NCBI GenBank assembly: GCA_028826165.1
Contig: JAPDFW010000122.1
Coordinates: forward strand, 1-64,000
Length of the DNA: 64,000 bases
Direction: 5' to 3'
Source of the DNA: Anaeramoeba ignava BMAN
Lineage: Eukaryota; Protista; Anaeramoebae
In this document: piece after piece, positions 38,501 through 49,800 of the stretch
How the letters are laid out: every line of letters begins with the position of its first letter
How positions within the stretch are numbered: the stretch's first letter is position 1
Notes under the pieces: generated by a model
Databases searched by the model: none
What the model saw: the letters and a program-made list of their open reading frames with translations, nothing else
Told to the model about the DNA's origin: nothing
Program-made: the position numbers and the translations under genes

Positions 38501-39904
38501 TTCATTTATTGTTGATTTAAGATCAATATCTATTTGTTTTTCAATAAGACATTTTATAACTTCGAAAGAATTAATTTTATGTTTAAATGCTAAATGCAAA
38601 GCTGTTTCATTATTATTTGTTTTAGAATTGATATCTATTCCCTTTTCAATAAGATATTTAACAATTTCCAAAGAATTATTTTCATGTTTAAATGCTAAAT
38701 GCAAAGCTGTTTCATTATTATTTGTTTTAGAATTGATATCTATTCCCTTTTCAATAAGATATCTAACGATTTCCAAAGAATTATTTTCACATGCATAATG
38801 TAAAACTGTTTCATTTTTATTTGTTTTAAAATTAATATCAATTCCTTTTTCAACAAGATATTTAACAATTTCCAAAGAATTACTTAAACATGCATAATGT
38901 AAAACTGTTTCATTTTTTTTTGTTTTAGAATTAATACCAATTCCCTTTTCAACAAGATATTTAACAATTTCCAGTGAATTATTTAAACATGCATAATGTA
39001 AAGCTGTTTCATTATTTTTTGTTTTAGAATTGATATCAATTCCCTTTTCAACAAGATATTTGACAATTTCCAAAGAATTATTTAAACATGCATAATGTAA
39101 AACTGTTTCATTTTTATTTGTTTTAGAATTGATATCAATTCCCTTTTCAACAAGATATCTGACAATTTTAAGTGAATTATTTTCACAAGCAAAATGTAAA
39201 ACTGTTTCATTATTGTTTGTTTTAGAATTAATATCGACTCCTTTTTCAATAAGATATTCAATAATTTCCAAAGAATTATTTAAACATGCAAAATGTAAAA
39301 CTGTTTCATTTTTTTTAGATTTAGCATTAATATCAATTCCTTTTTCAACAAGATATTTAACAATTTCAAGTGAATTGTATTGACAAGCATAATGAAGTGA
39401 AGTTTTATTTTGTTTGCATTTTAGCTTAATTTCAGCTTCTTTAGAAATTAGTAATTCAATAACATCTTGAGAACTTGAAGTTGAGGCATAATGAAGAGGA
39501 GTTTTTCCATGAAATCCAGTTAAATTTGGATTCGCACCTGCATTTAATAATTTATTCACAATTTCTTTTGTATTTTTGAATTCACAAATCAAATGAAGAG
39601 GAGATTTAAGTTGAGAATTTAAAGAATTTAAATCAGCTCCTTTTGAAATTAATAACGAAACAATTTCTTCTCTTTTTTTTCCTTTTAATTCTGTTATTGC
39701 ATAATGAATTGGTTTATTTTTTAATTTATCAATTTTATTAATATTAATTTGTTTTTGAATAAGAAGATTAATAATTTCAATTTCAAAATTATTTATTATA
39801 GCAAAATGAAGTGAATTTTGTTGAAGATTGTTTGTAAATAAGTTTATATTTTGTTCTTTTTGAATTAAATTTTGAATTATTTGATTTGAAAAATTATTTT
39901 CCAT
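35516..39904 (-). CDS. Ankyrin-array + tandem BTB protein, paralog D (intact, 1462 aa, ~34 repeats)
   Basis: Uninterrupted ORF: ankyrin array, then FSDLTIKSNDSFQFSVHKLILLKRF (BTB1) and TKDFTIICENEKEIKVHKLILILRSELFKGMF (BTB2). It serves as the template for reconstructing A-C. Confidence 0.92.
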   Translation of the reverse strand: MENNFSNQIIQNLIQKEQNINLFTNNLQQNSLHFAIINNFEIEIINLLIQKQININKIDKLKNKPIHYAITELKGKKREEIVSLLISKGADLNSLNSQLKSPLHLICEFKNTKEIVNKLLNAGANPNLTGFHGKTPLHYASTSSSQDVIELLISKEAEIKLKCKQNKTSLHYACQYNSLEIVKYLVEKGIDINAKSKKNETVLHFACLNNSLEIIEYLIEKGVDINSKTNNNETVLHFACENNSLKIVRYLVEKGIDINSKTNKNETVLHYACLNNSLEIVKYLVEKGIDINSKTKNNETALHYACLNNSLEIVKYLVEKGIGINSKTKKNETVLHYACLSNSLEIVKYLVEKGIDINFKTNKNETVLHYACENNSLEIVRYLIEKGIDINSKTNNNETALHLAFKHENNSLEIVKYLIEKGIDINSKTNNNETALHLAFKHKINSFEVIKCLIEKQIDIDLKSTINEKILYLACEKNSLEIIKYLIEKGVGINSKVDQNQTILHFASQNNLIGIVKYVVEKGADINFKTNKNETALHFASQNNSLEVITYLVENGANINAKTNENKTVLHFACENNPLWIIEYLIQKGANINDKTNLEKTSLHFACHKNKLEVVKYLIEKGIDINAKTSHYETALNFACENNSFEIIRYLVEKGIQLQKNSFYRETVFHIALRKNSIEMIKYFDEKGINLFQIELPKKTLLHFACEQKCSLEIIKYLLSRGLYINAINGNRTPLYYACKHNAPFEVIKYLVEKGANINRILTRHETPLSVAFQNNSFEIIKFLIESGADIHIRNKHGNQKEVPFFYAYKNNSKDLIKYLIEKGANINGIGYQNETILHTACRDKSLEMIKFLVENGADVDARNKYHQETPLHCVCSKKETFDIIEYLISKGANVNCKTHSGQTPLHLVCKQKAFGTIKYLIEKGANINAKNDNNEIPLHYACRTNSLEIIKLLVENESNTQIKSLIEDQDALHTVCKNSNSLEIIKYFVEKGIDINSKTFYNETALHYVCMHQQHVQLDVIRYLVENGIDVNAETKLARQTALNIFCDKKANSIEIVEYLVSKGIDVNSRNISQETPLHLACKHNQQDSLEVIRYLISNGADINAKTKINEETPLHYACKQKLNSDEIVELLAKNGAEVNVFDKSNISPFSLSLNNQYPNGITSVIAILFIYGFDIFKTRLSQIPSQIIELFLKINSINEDMNNLLQLNQFSDLTIKSNDSFQFSVHKLILLKRFDNNESILQKFINNCYQKPKKEVEIALNFLYTGFADFGVYYEKLHKVIQLNNYIEMSEKLFDSKTISWREMDDIRAKVNNAMYIELKEIQNKEKINLKFFKEIGIDSKWIELKKGRRNLIKDLSKLYEENETKDFTIICENEKEIKVHKLILILRSELFKGMFQLNVQDTSNQVHDYSGKSFETIQQFIYFLYHDEFEFNNEINEELKDAKDYYQLNQNSIIDLFLK

Positions 39905-40169
39905 TTTAAATAAGAAAAATGAAAAAATAAAATAAAAATAAAATAATTACTCATTTTAAGGAAAATTTGAATAATTTAAATTAAATTTTTTTTTTCTTTC
40001 TTTTTTTTTTCTCTTTTTTTTTAAATTTAGATCTTTATTGTTTTACTTATTAAATTTTTGCTTTATTTAATTTATTTTTTTTATTTATTTTTTTTTTCTT
40101 TTATATTTTTTTTTTCATTTTTTTTCCTTCATTTTTTTTAAATATTATTCCAATTTATAATAAAAGAGA

Positions 40170-43100
40170 ATGTCAACAAATCAAAACACAAACACACAAA
40201 CAGCACCAAAAACAACTCGAATTTATGAAGAAGACAGCGTAACAAAAAAAGGTTATTTGATGAAAAAAGGCGATAAATCAGGATGGAAAAAACGGTATTT
40301 TGTTCTAAAGAAGGAGAACACATTGGTTTACTTCAAGAACGAACGAGAACAAATCCATCCGTTAGGAGTAGTTTCACTAGAAGATGCATATTGCTTTGCA
40401 TATTCGAAAAAAAACAGTCTCCAAATTTTGCATTCTGATCGAAAACCGTTTATTTTAAGTGCGACATCAATTGAATTAAGAGATGAATGGATCAAATCAA
40501 TTACAACGTCTATTAAGACCCATGATCCATCGCGAGAAGAGCAAGACAAACTTGTGAATTATGAGGGGGAAGTGCGCAAGGAAGGGTATTCATTCAAGAG
40601 CTGGAAAACACGGTATTTCAAGCTATATGACAACATTATTTGCTATTATAAGTCCAAGCAAGAAACAGAAACACCTCTTGGCGTTATTTTTTTGAAAGGA
40701 TGCAAACCGTTGATTGAGTATCATTTCGGTCAGGAAAAAAATGTCATTCGCATTTCCCATCCAGTGAGAAGAGACTTTTTTTTCGCCCCGTATATCCCAA
40801 TTTCTTCAATAGCAGACCGTTTTAATTCAGACTCGGATTCAGACTCCGACCGCGAGAAAAAGGAGAAGAAAAAAAGAGAATCAAAAGAAGACGCAATGCT
40901 TAAGGAGTGGTATAAGGTTCTGAACGTGACCTGCAGACGCAGTTCAACTTTGCATTCCAAAAAACTTTCTGAGAAATTCAAACGCTCACAAAGCTCGCCT
41001 AATTTTATGCAGACAAAGGGCAACATTCTTGGTAAGCGCAACTTCGGGGCTCGTGTTCATCAGCTTAATCTTGAAAGCCAGAGCAATACAAACCAGAACA
41101 ACGCCCAGCAGGACAAGATCCTCAATACTCTTCTGCAGAAAACGCACAATAGTCTGGATGGCAATCTTTATCTCTGGTTGAAAAAAAACAAGAAGAAGTC
41201 CTATTGGTTCTTCCTTAATGAAATCCACTTGTGCTACTCGCTTACCCCTGAATCGACTATCGATCCCGTTGGCATCATATATCTTCAGGATGTCAAGATA
41301 GAGGCTGATAAAGCAAACAAACAACCTCCTTATCTTATCAAGCTTACACATTCGAAGCGCCCTTCTTATACAATAGAGACTGATACTCATGCTGAGTTTG
41401 TCAACTGGATTGATGCCCTGAATGATTCTATTAAGGCTTTTGCTTATCTTACTAGGAATTGGAAGGATTTTAGTAAAACTGGGTTCTTGTCAATTTATAG
41501 TGGTCAAGTTTCGAAATCTTGGCAAAGAAAGTTTTTTAAGATTCAATCTAATAATTTTTGTTATTATAAGCTTGATAAGAATAATCCAAATTCTGAACCT
41601 CGTAAGAATTCAACAATAAAAACAAATTAAAACAATAATTAAAATAATTAAATCATTTAAAACAACAATAAAATAAATATAAAAACAACAATTAAAACAA
41701 TAATAAAAACAAATTAAAACAACAATAATAAAAACAATAATAAAAACAACAATAAAAACAAATTAAAACAACAATTAAACAATTATTAAAAAATTAAAAA
41801 CAATAATTAAATAAAAAATTAAAAACAATAAAACAAATCAATAATTAAATAAATAATTAAAATCAATTAATAAAAACAACAATAAAAACAACAATAAAAA
41901 CAACAATAAAAACAATAATAAAAACAATAATAAAAACAATAATAAAAACAATAATTAAAACAATAATTAAAACAACAATAATTAAACAACAATTAAAACA
42001 ATAATTAAAACATTCAAAACAATAATAAAAACAATAATAAAAACAACAATAAAAACAACAATTAAAACAATAATTAAATAAATAATTAAATCAATAATAA
42101 AAACAATAATAAAAACAATAATAAAAACAACAATAAAAACAATAATTAAAACAATAATTAAATCAATTATTAAATAAATAATAAAATCAATAATAAAATC
42201 AATAATAAAATCAACAATAAAATCAATTATAAAAACAATAATTAAATCATTCAAAACAATAATTAAATAAATAATTAAAAAAACAATAATTAAATCAATT
42301 ATAAAAACAATAATTAAAACAACAATAAAATCAATTATAAAATCAATAATTAAATCAATAATAAAATCAATAATCAAAACAATAATCAAATCAATAATTA
42401 AAACAACAATAAAAACAACAATAAAAACAATAATAAAAACAGCAATAAAAACAATAATCAAATCAATAATTAAAACAACAATAAAAACAACAATAAAAAC
42501 AACAATTAAAACAATATTAAAATCAATAATTAAAACAATAATTAAAACAACAATAAAAACAACAATAAAAACAATAATTAAAACAAAAATTAAAACAACA
42601 ATAAAAACAATTAAATAAATAAATAAAAACAACAATAAAAACAATAATAAAAACAACAATAAAAACAATAATTAAAACAATAATAAAAACAATAATTAAA
42701 TCAATTATTAAATCAATTATAAAATCAATAATAAAAACATTTTATTTAAATTATTATAAAAATATAAAAGAAAACTCAACCGTTCCATCAGGTGTTATAA
42801 CTCTTAACGGTGCACAACTTCTTCCAACAGACTCCAAAATTTCCAAAGATTTCAACTTCAAAATTATCACAGCAAAGAATCGAAAATTTCAATTTTTCAC
42901 AGATAGCGAACAAGAATACACAGAATGGACAAGAGCAATCAACGTAGCAATATCAGTAGCAGATGGAGTTGATTTGAACACATCAATTGATTTAAGTTTC
43001 AGCGATACAACGAAAAAAGAACTAACAGAACAAGATATTATTGAACTTCGAAAAATTTCCAAATTTACAGAATTAGAACTTCGAATGATGTATAAAAGAT

Positions 43101-43540
43101 TTATCAAGGAATTCCATCACGGAATCATGGACAAGAACACTTTTGCAAAGTTTGCAAATGAAATGGGAGTAAGTGACGAAATGCGGATTGGATTTTTATA
43201 TAACGGATTTGACAGAAACAAAAACGGTCAACTTGGTTTTGATGAAATTGTTCTTGGTGTTCATTCAATTACAAGAGGAACTCCTGAAGAAAAAATGGTC
43301 TTTGGATTCTATGTTTATGACCAGAAGGCAAAAGGTCAAATTGATATTCATGATGTTTGGGATATCGTTTGTCAAATTACCGCAAAGAATAAATCCGATC
43401 CAATTTCAATGGAAGTTCGTCGCGCTTTTACTGATTTGGATAAGAATAAAGACGGTGTTTTGGATCTTGAAGAGTTTAAACAAGCTGCTGGTGAAAACAA
43501 GTTTCTTGTTGAATGTCTTGGTTTATTTCGTTTGGACTAA
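40170..43540 (+). CDS. Four PH domains + C-terminal NCS/calcineurin-B-like EF-hand module, 2 exons
   Basis: PH motifs KKGYLMKKG..WKKRYFVL, EGEVRKEG..WKTRYFKL, DGNLYL..KSYWFFL and KTGFLSI..WQRKFFKI. Intron 41602..42770 (C|gtaaga...aaag|AA) splits PH4. EF hands DRNKNGQLGFDE, DQKAKGQIDIHD and DKNKDGVLDLEE, preceded by the NCS-like helix ISKFTELELRMMYKRF. Confidence 0.85.
41602..42770 (+). repeat. 1169-nt intron filled with a ~12-mer (AAAACAATAATT/AAAACAACAATA)n
   Basis: Splicing restores NSEPQNSTVPSGVITLNGA; the interior is a minisatellite. Confidence 0.88.
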
Positions 43541-43833
43541 ATTTTTTTTTTTGCTTTTTTTGCTTTTTTATTTTTTCATTTTTTCCTGTCAAAACCCAAA
43601 TTCTTTTTCCCTTTTTTTTTTCTCTTTTGGAAATTATTATTTTTTTTTATTTTTGAGATTCCAAAAATAATTTTTTAATTTTTTTAATTTTGATTTTTTT
43701 AATTTTGATTCGTAATTTTTAAATTAAAAAATAATTAAAAAAAAATTTTTTCATTTTTTTCTTTTTTTATTTTTATTTTTATTTTTATTTTTTATTGATT
43801 GATTAAAAAAAAAATTTAAAAAATCAAAATTAA

Positions 43834-46800
43834 ATGGAAGATATTCAACAAACAGCAGGTAAATTTTTCAATTTAAATTTAAACTTAAAATTTTTCAATT
43901 TGAATTTAAAATTTTTCAATTTAAATTTAAACTTAAAATTTTTCAATTTAAATTTAAAATTTTTCAATTTAAATTAAAACGTTAAAAAATTATAATTAAA
44001 AAAAATTTTTTAAATTAAAAATAGATCATAAAAATTATTCTATTCCAAATGTTGATACAGAAATTGAAAGAATCAAAGAATCTTCAAAAGAACCAACAAT
44101 ACCAATTTATTTTGATGGAGAAGGAAAAATATATAATATAAACTTTCAACAAATACCTGAAGAAATACATAAAAAACAAAGCAAACAAAAAGAAAAAAAA
44201 CCAACAGAATTGAATAAAAAGCAAAAATTATTAAAAGAATATGAACCTCATGATTTATTTGAACTTCCTAAATTTCCTAATATTCCAGATTATAAAACAT
44301 TTAGTGATTATGAACAAGCTGTTTTAAGTTGGAAAATAGATATTGAAAATAAAATTGGATATTGTAATTTACCCCATGTTTTAGGGAGAGTTTATCCTCG
44401 ACCTTTTTTACATAAAGAACAAGTAAATTAAAATTTTTTTTTCAATTAGAATTTTTCATCAAAATTTTTAAATTCAAATGAATTTTAATTTCAATTTCAA
44501 AATGAATTTTAATTTCAATTTCAAAATGAATTTTAATTTCAATTTCAAAATGAATTTTAATTTCAAATTGAATTTGAATTTTAATTTCAATTTCAAAATG
44601 AATTTTAATTTTAATTTCAAAATGAATTTTAATTTCAATTTCAAAATGAATTTTAATTTCAATTTCAAATTGAATTTTAATTTCAATTTCAAAATGAATT
44701 TTAATTTCAAAATGAATTTTAATTTTAATTTTAATTTCAAAATGAATTTCAATTTCAATTTTAAAATGAATTTTAATTTCAATTTCAAAATGAATTTTAA
44801 TTTTAATTTTAATTTTAATTTTAATTTCAAAATGAATTTTAATTTCAATTTCAATTTCAAAATGAATTTTAATTTCAAATTTGAATTTTAATTTTAATTT
44901 CAAAATGAATTTTAATTTCAATTTTAATTTTAATTTTAATTTCGAAATGAATTTTAATTTCAAAATGAATTTTAATTTTAATTTTAATTTTAATATTAAT
45001 TTTAATTTCAAAATGAATTTTAATTTCAATTTCAAAATGAATTTTAATTTCAAAATGAATTTTAATTTCAATTCAAAATGAATTTTAATTTCAAAATGAA
45101 TTTCAATTTTAATTTCAAAATGAATTTTAATTTCAATTTCAATTTCAATTTCAAAATGAATTTTAATTGGAATTTTAATTTTAAAATGAATTTTAATAGA
45201 GTGAAAAAACTTTTGATTTTACAGATCTTTCTTCTGATAGTCAAACACCAAGATCATCTGATGCTAGAAAATTATCAGAAACTCAACCAATTTTAATTAA
45301 GAAATCATTATCAAAAGATGAAGATTTTCCAAAAACTATTCAACCAAAAGTATTTCAATTAAAAAATCTTTTAATAAATATCCTTTAAAAAAAATAAGAA
45401 TAATCTCAAAACAAAATTTAAAGCTTCAAAAAGGAGATACTTTACCAGAATTTTTAGAAGGAACTTATTTATTAATGAATAGAAAAGAAAGTTGGAAAAA
45501 TCGTTTAATTCCATCACCTCCATCAGCTTTTCATTTTAGTAGTTATGAAGGTTAATATTTAATATTTAATATTTAATATTTAATATTTAATATTTAATAT
45601 TTAATATTTAAAAGAATATGAAAAAGCTTATAAAAGATGGGCAAAAATAACAATTAAAACTGTACCAAAAATACCCCTTCATTCAGATCAATTTTCAGAA
45701 ATTTATGGGGTAATAACAAGACAAGAAAAAGAAAAAAAAAGGTTATTAAGAAAAGAAGTTGAAACTGCATTATTATTTCATGTATAAAAAAAATTTTTAT
45801 TGATTAAAAATTTTATTGATTAAAAAAAAATTTCTTTAATTAGAGAGTGGCGAAAAAAAAACGGAAAAAGCAAATGAATAAAATCAATTTTTATTATATT
45901 TGGAATGAAAAAATTAACTATTTAAATTCATTTACTGCACTTAATTGCAACTCAACAGCTTATGAAGTACTAAATTACATAACAAATGGGAAAACATTAA
46001 GAAAAAGAAAAGAAGAAGAATGGAAAGAAATGGAACAAAAACAAAAAGAAGAAGAAAAAGAACAAGCCAAAAAATATCAAGAAAAAACACAAGCAAAAAA
46101 AGATGAAGAAGAAAGAACAATGATTCTTAAATTAAGTCTTGTTAACGATATTGCAAATGTTTCCAAATTATCAAGAACTGATCCATCAAGAGGAACTTGG
46201 TTTTCAATTGATAAAAAATACAAAGAACAAATCACTCAATTCATCCAAACTTTATTCCAAAGAAGACAAAGAAATTTAAATGAATTCAAGTCGTTTACAA
46301 AGCCTCTTGTTGGAAAAATGCATGGAATTTTACCAAAAAGTCAAATATTATCTGTTGAATTGGGTGCAATTGAAAAATCAAATTTTCTTGATTATCAAGA
46401 AATTCTTGCAAAAAGAAGGAATGATTTACCTCGACAAATTATTAATGAAACATATGATTGTCCTGTTGAAATTAAAGTAATTTTAAATTTTAATTTTAAT
46501 TATAATTTTAATTTTAATTTCAAAATGAATTTTAATTTTAATTTTAATTATAATTTTAATTTTAATTTCAAAATGAATTTTAATTTTAATTTTTTAGGGT
46601 CAAATGACTTTATTTACAATTCCAAAATATGATTTATCATTTTCACTTAATTTAGAATCTTGTTCAAATTTTGATTATAATTCAAAATGTCGAGAACAAT
46701 TATCTAAAATTGAAAGAGAATATCAACTTCAAAAATTAAATTCATGGTATTATCCGACTAAATTATCACCTCAAGTATTTATTTATTTTTTTAAATTGAT

Positions 46801-49800
46801 TTATTTAAATTGATTTTTTTAAATTGATTTATTTAAATTGATTTATTTAAATTGATTTATTTAAATTGATTTATTTAAATTGATTTATTTAAATTGATTT
46901 TTTTTAAATTGGATTTTTTTAAATTGATTTTTTTAAATTGGATTTTAAATCAAATTTAGCTTTTGCAAAATGAAAGAAGAGAAGTTGAAGAATTAATAAA
47001 AAATGATGAAATTTCAACAGATATTTTACTTGAAATATTAAAAAAACCAATGAAATTAGATATTTTTACTGAAATGCTCGCTGATTCTATTATATTTCGA
47101 AATCGAGAATATCCATATATTCAATTATTTCTTTCATGTATTACTCAAGATAATTTACACATTGTTCTTTCTTTACTCGAATCTTCATCTTCCTTTTTAA
47201 TTCATACAAAGGTTTTTATTCTTCTATTTAAATTATTATTTAAATTATTATTTAAATTATTATTGAAATTATTATTGAAATTATTATTGAAATTATTATT
47301 GAAATTATTATTGAAATTATTATTTAAATTTTTATTGAAATTATTATTTAAATTATTATTTAAATTATTATTTAAATTATATTTGAAATTATTTTTGAAA
47401 TTATTTTTTAAATTATTTTTTAAATTATTATTTAAATTATTATTTAAATTATTATTTAAATTATTTTTTAAATTATTATTTAAATTTTTATTGAAATTAT
47501 TATTTAAATTATTATTGAAATTATTATTGAAATTATTATTGAAATTATTATTTAAATTATTTTTTAAATTATTATTTAAATTATTATTTAAATTATTTTT
47601 GAAATTATTTTTGAAATTATTATTGAAATTATTATTTAAATTATTATTTAAATTATTATTTTAATTATTATTTAAATTATTATTTAAATTATTTTTAAAT
47701 TATATTTAAATTATATTTTAAATTTTTAATTTATTATTTAAATTATTTAAGGTTGCTCAATTTATTTCTGAAACACTTCAAAGAAATTTTGCAAAATCTT
47801 TAATTGAAAAAATGATAAATGAAAGAGATATTAAAAATATGTATTACATTGCATATTCAATGAATTTACTTGATGGAATTTATATTCAACCAATACCTCC
47901 AAAATTTTCTCATATTATAACAAATGTATTTAAAAAAAATTTTTTAGAATTTAAAAATTTTCAAATTTTAATTCATATTTCTTTATCTAGGATGAATATG
48001 AAAAAATTGAAAAATCCATGTTGTGTTATTATTATTTAGATTTAATTAATCAAAAGGTTACAAAACCAGACCAAAAATTTCTCTATTTAACACTTGCAAC
48101 AGATATTTCCAAAATCAAAACCGAACTGATAAAAACAATTATAGAATTAATTTATTGCAATTCAGGATTTGTGAAAAATCATGTTTTTAAATATTTTGCA
48201 TCAAATTCTTATTCAATTTCAAGATATTATGTTTTTATATTTGAAAATTTAATTTTAATGCAAGAAAATGCAATAACAGTAAGAGAAATTTTTAATTTTT
48301 AAATTTTTAATTTTAATTTTTAATTTTTAATTTTATTTTTTTTGGAAAAAACAAAAGCAAATTTTTCAATCAAATGAAACAAATATTTTGGAGAAATTTG
48401 GGCAATTATCTAGAAGTAAATTATCACATATTAGATTTGGATTGAGAAGAATTTGGAATTTAATGATAAGAAAGGAAGATTGGAAGAATTTTTTAATCAA
48501 AAAATTTTCGGAAAATATTCACATTTTAATGTCGAGTATGAGTCCATTAATTCCAAATAAAAAAGAAGATGATGAAAGTGAATTTATTGAGAACGATGAA
48601 CAAGATCGAAAACCACCATATTTTATTATTCTTTTGCATGATTTTTTCGAGATCATTTTGAAGAAAAGTGATGCTAAAATGGAGCATAATTCTTTGTTGA
48701 ACGAGTTAGTAACACATGAAGTTTTCATGCAATTACTATCTCGACTTGGATATTATATCAAGGAATGTCTGGATAATGAAACACTTATTTATATTGCAAG
48801 TATTATGAGAATGTTTGTGAATGTTTTTAGTAAATTTCATTTAATTCATACAAAGGCAACTGGGAATCCAAATAATAAAAATCATTTGATTATTGAATAT
48901 CAAGAATTGAAAGATTTACTATACATTGTATCAGCAGCACCACGTTCACTTGATAAAATGAAAGCATATATATTTTCAATATTGTGCAAGTTTGTTCAGT
49001 CAGAAGAAGTGTTTTCTTTATTTAAACAAAATCCATCATCATTTGCACAAATCATTTCATTTTTTCATCAATGCAAAAGTGCCGAATTAGGCAAGAAATT
49101 GTGGAAATTTGTCTTTGTAACAATGCTATATAATCAAGGATTTGTTACCTATTTAATTGAATCTGATCAATACAAATCATTAAATAGTTTGATTTCTTCA
49201 AGTTCTCATCCTTCTATTTTGGATAATGGATTGACTACTTTATCTGATGTTTTTAATATATCTTTATTTGAAGAAAAAAGGCTTGAAATGAATTTCCCAC
49301 CATCAAGACCTAACACAAAAAATTCAGTTAAATCGATAGAAAAAGAAGCAAAAAATTTTAATAAATTTTATTTGGAAAATGTTTTCTTTGTGAAAATACA
49401 TATGGTTTATAAGAATTTAAAAAGCAATAAGATTGATGGGAAAAGATTAATTGTAAATATTTCAAATTCAAAACAATTTTTAAAACAAAATTTAAAACAA
49501 ATTTTAAACAAATTTAAAACAAATTTAAAACAAATTTAAAACAAATTTAAAACAAATTTTAAAACAAATTTTAAAACAAATTTAAAACAAATTTAAAACA
49601 AAATTTAAAACAAAATTTAAAACAAATTTAAAACAAATTTTAAAACAAATTTTAAAAACAAATTTTAAAACAAAATTTAAAACAAATTTAAAACAAATTT
49701 AAAACAAATTTAAAACAAATTTTATTTTAAATTCAAATTATATTTTAAATTCAAATTATATTTTAAATTCAAATTATATTTTAAAACAAATTATATTTTA

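Noticed and set aside
23464-39383. Short antisense or alternative-frame ORFs overlapping the ankyrin genes
   Set aside because: They are shadow ORFs produced by repeat periodicity, with no independent motifs.
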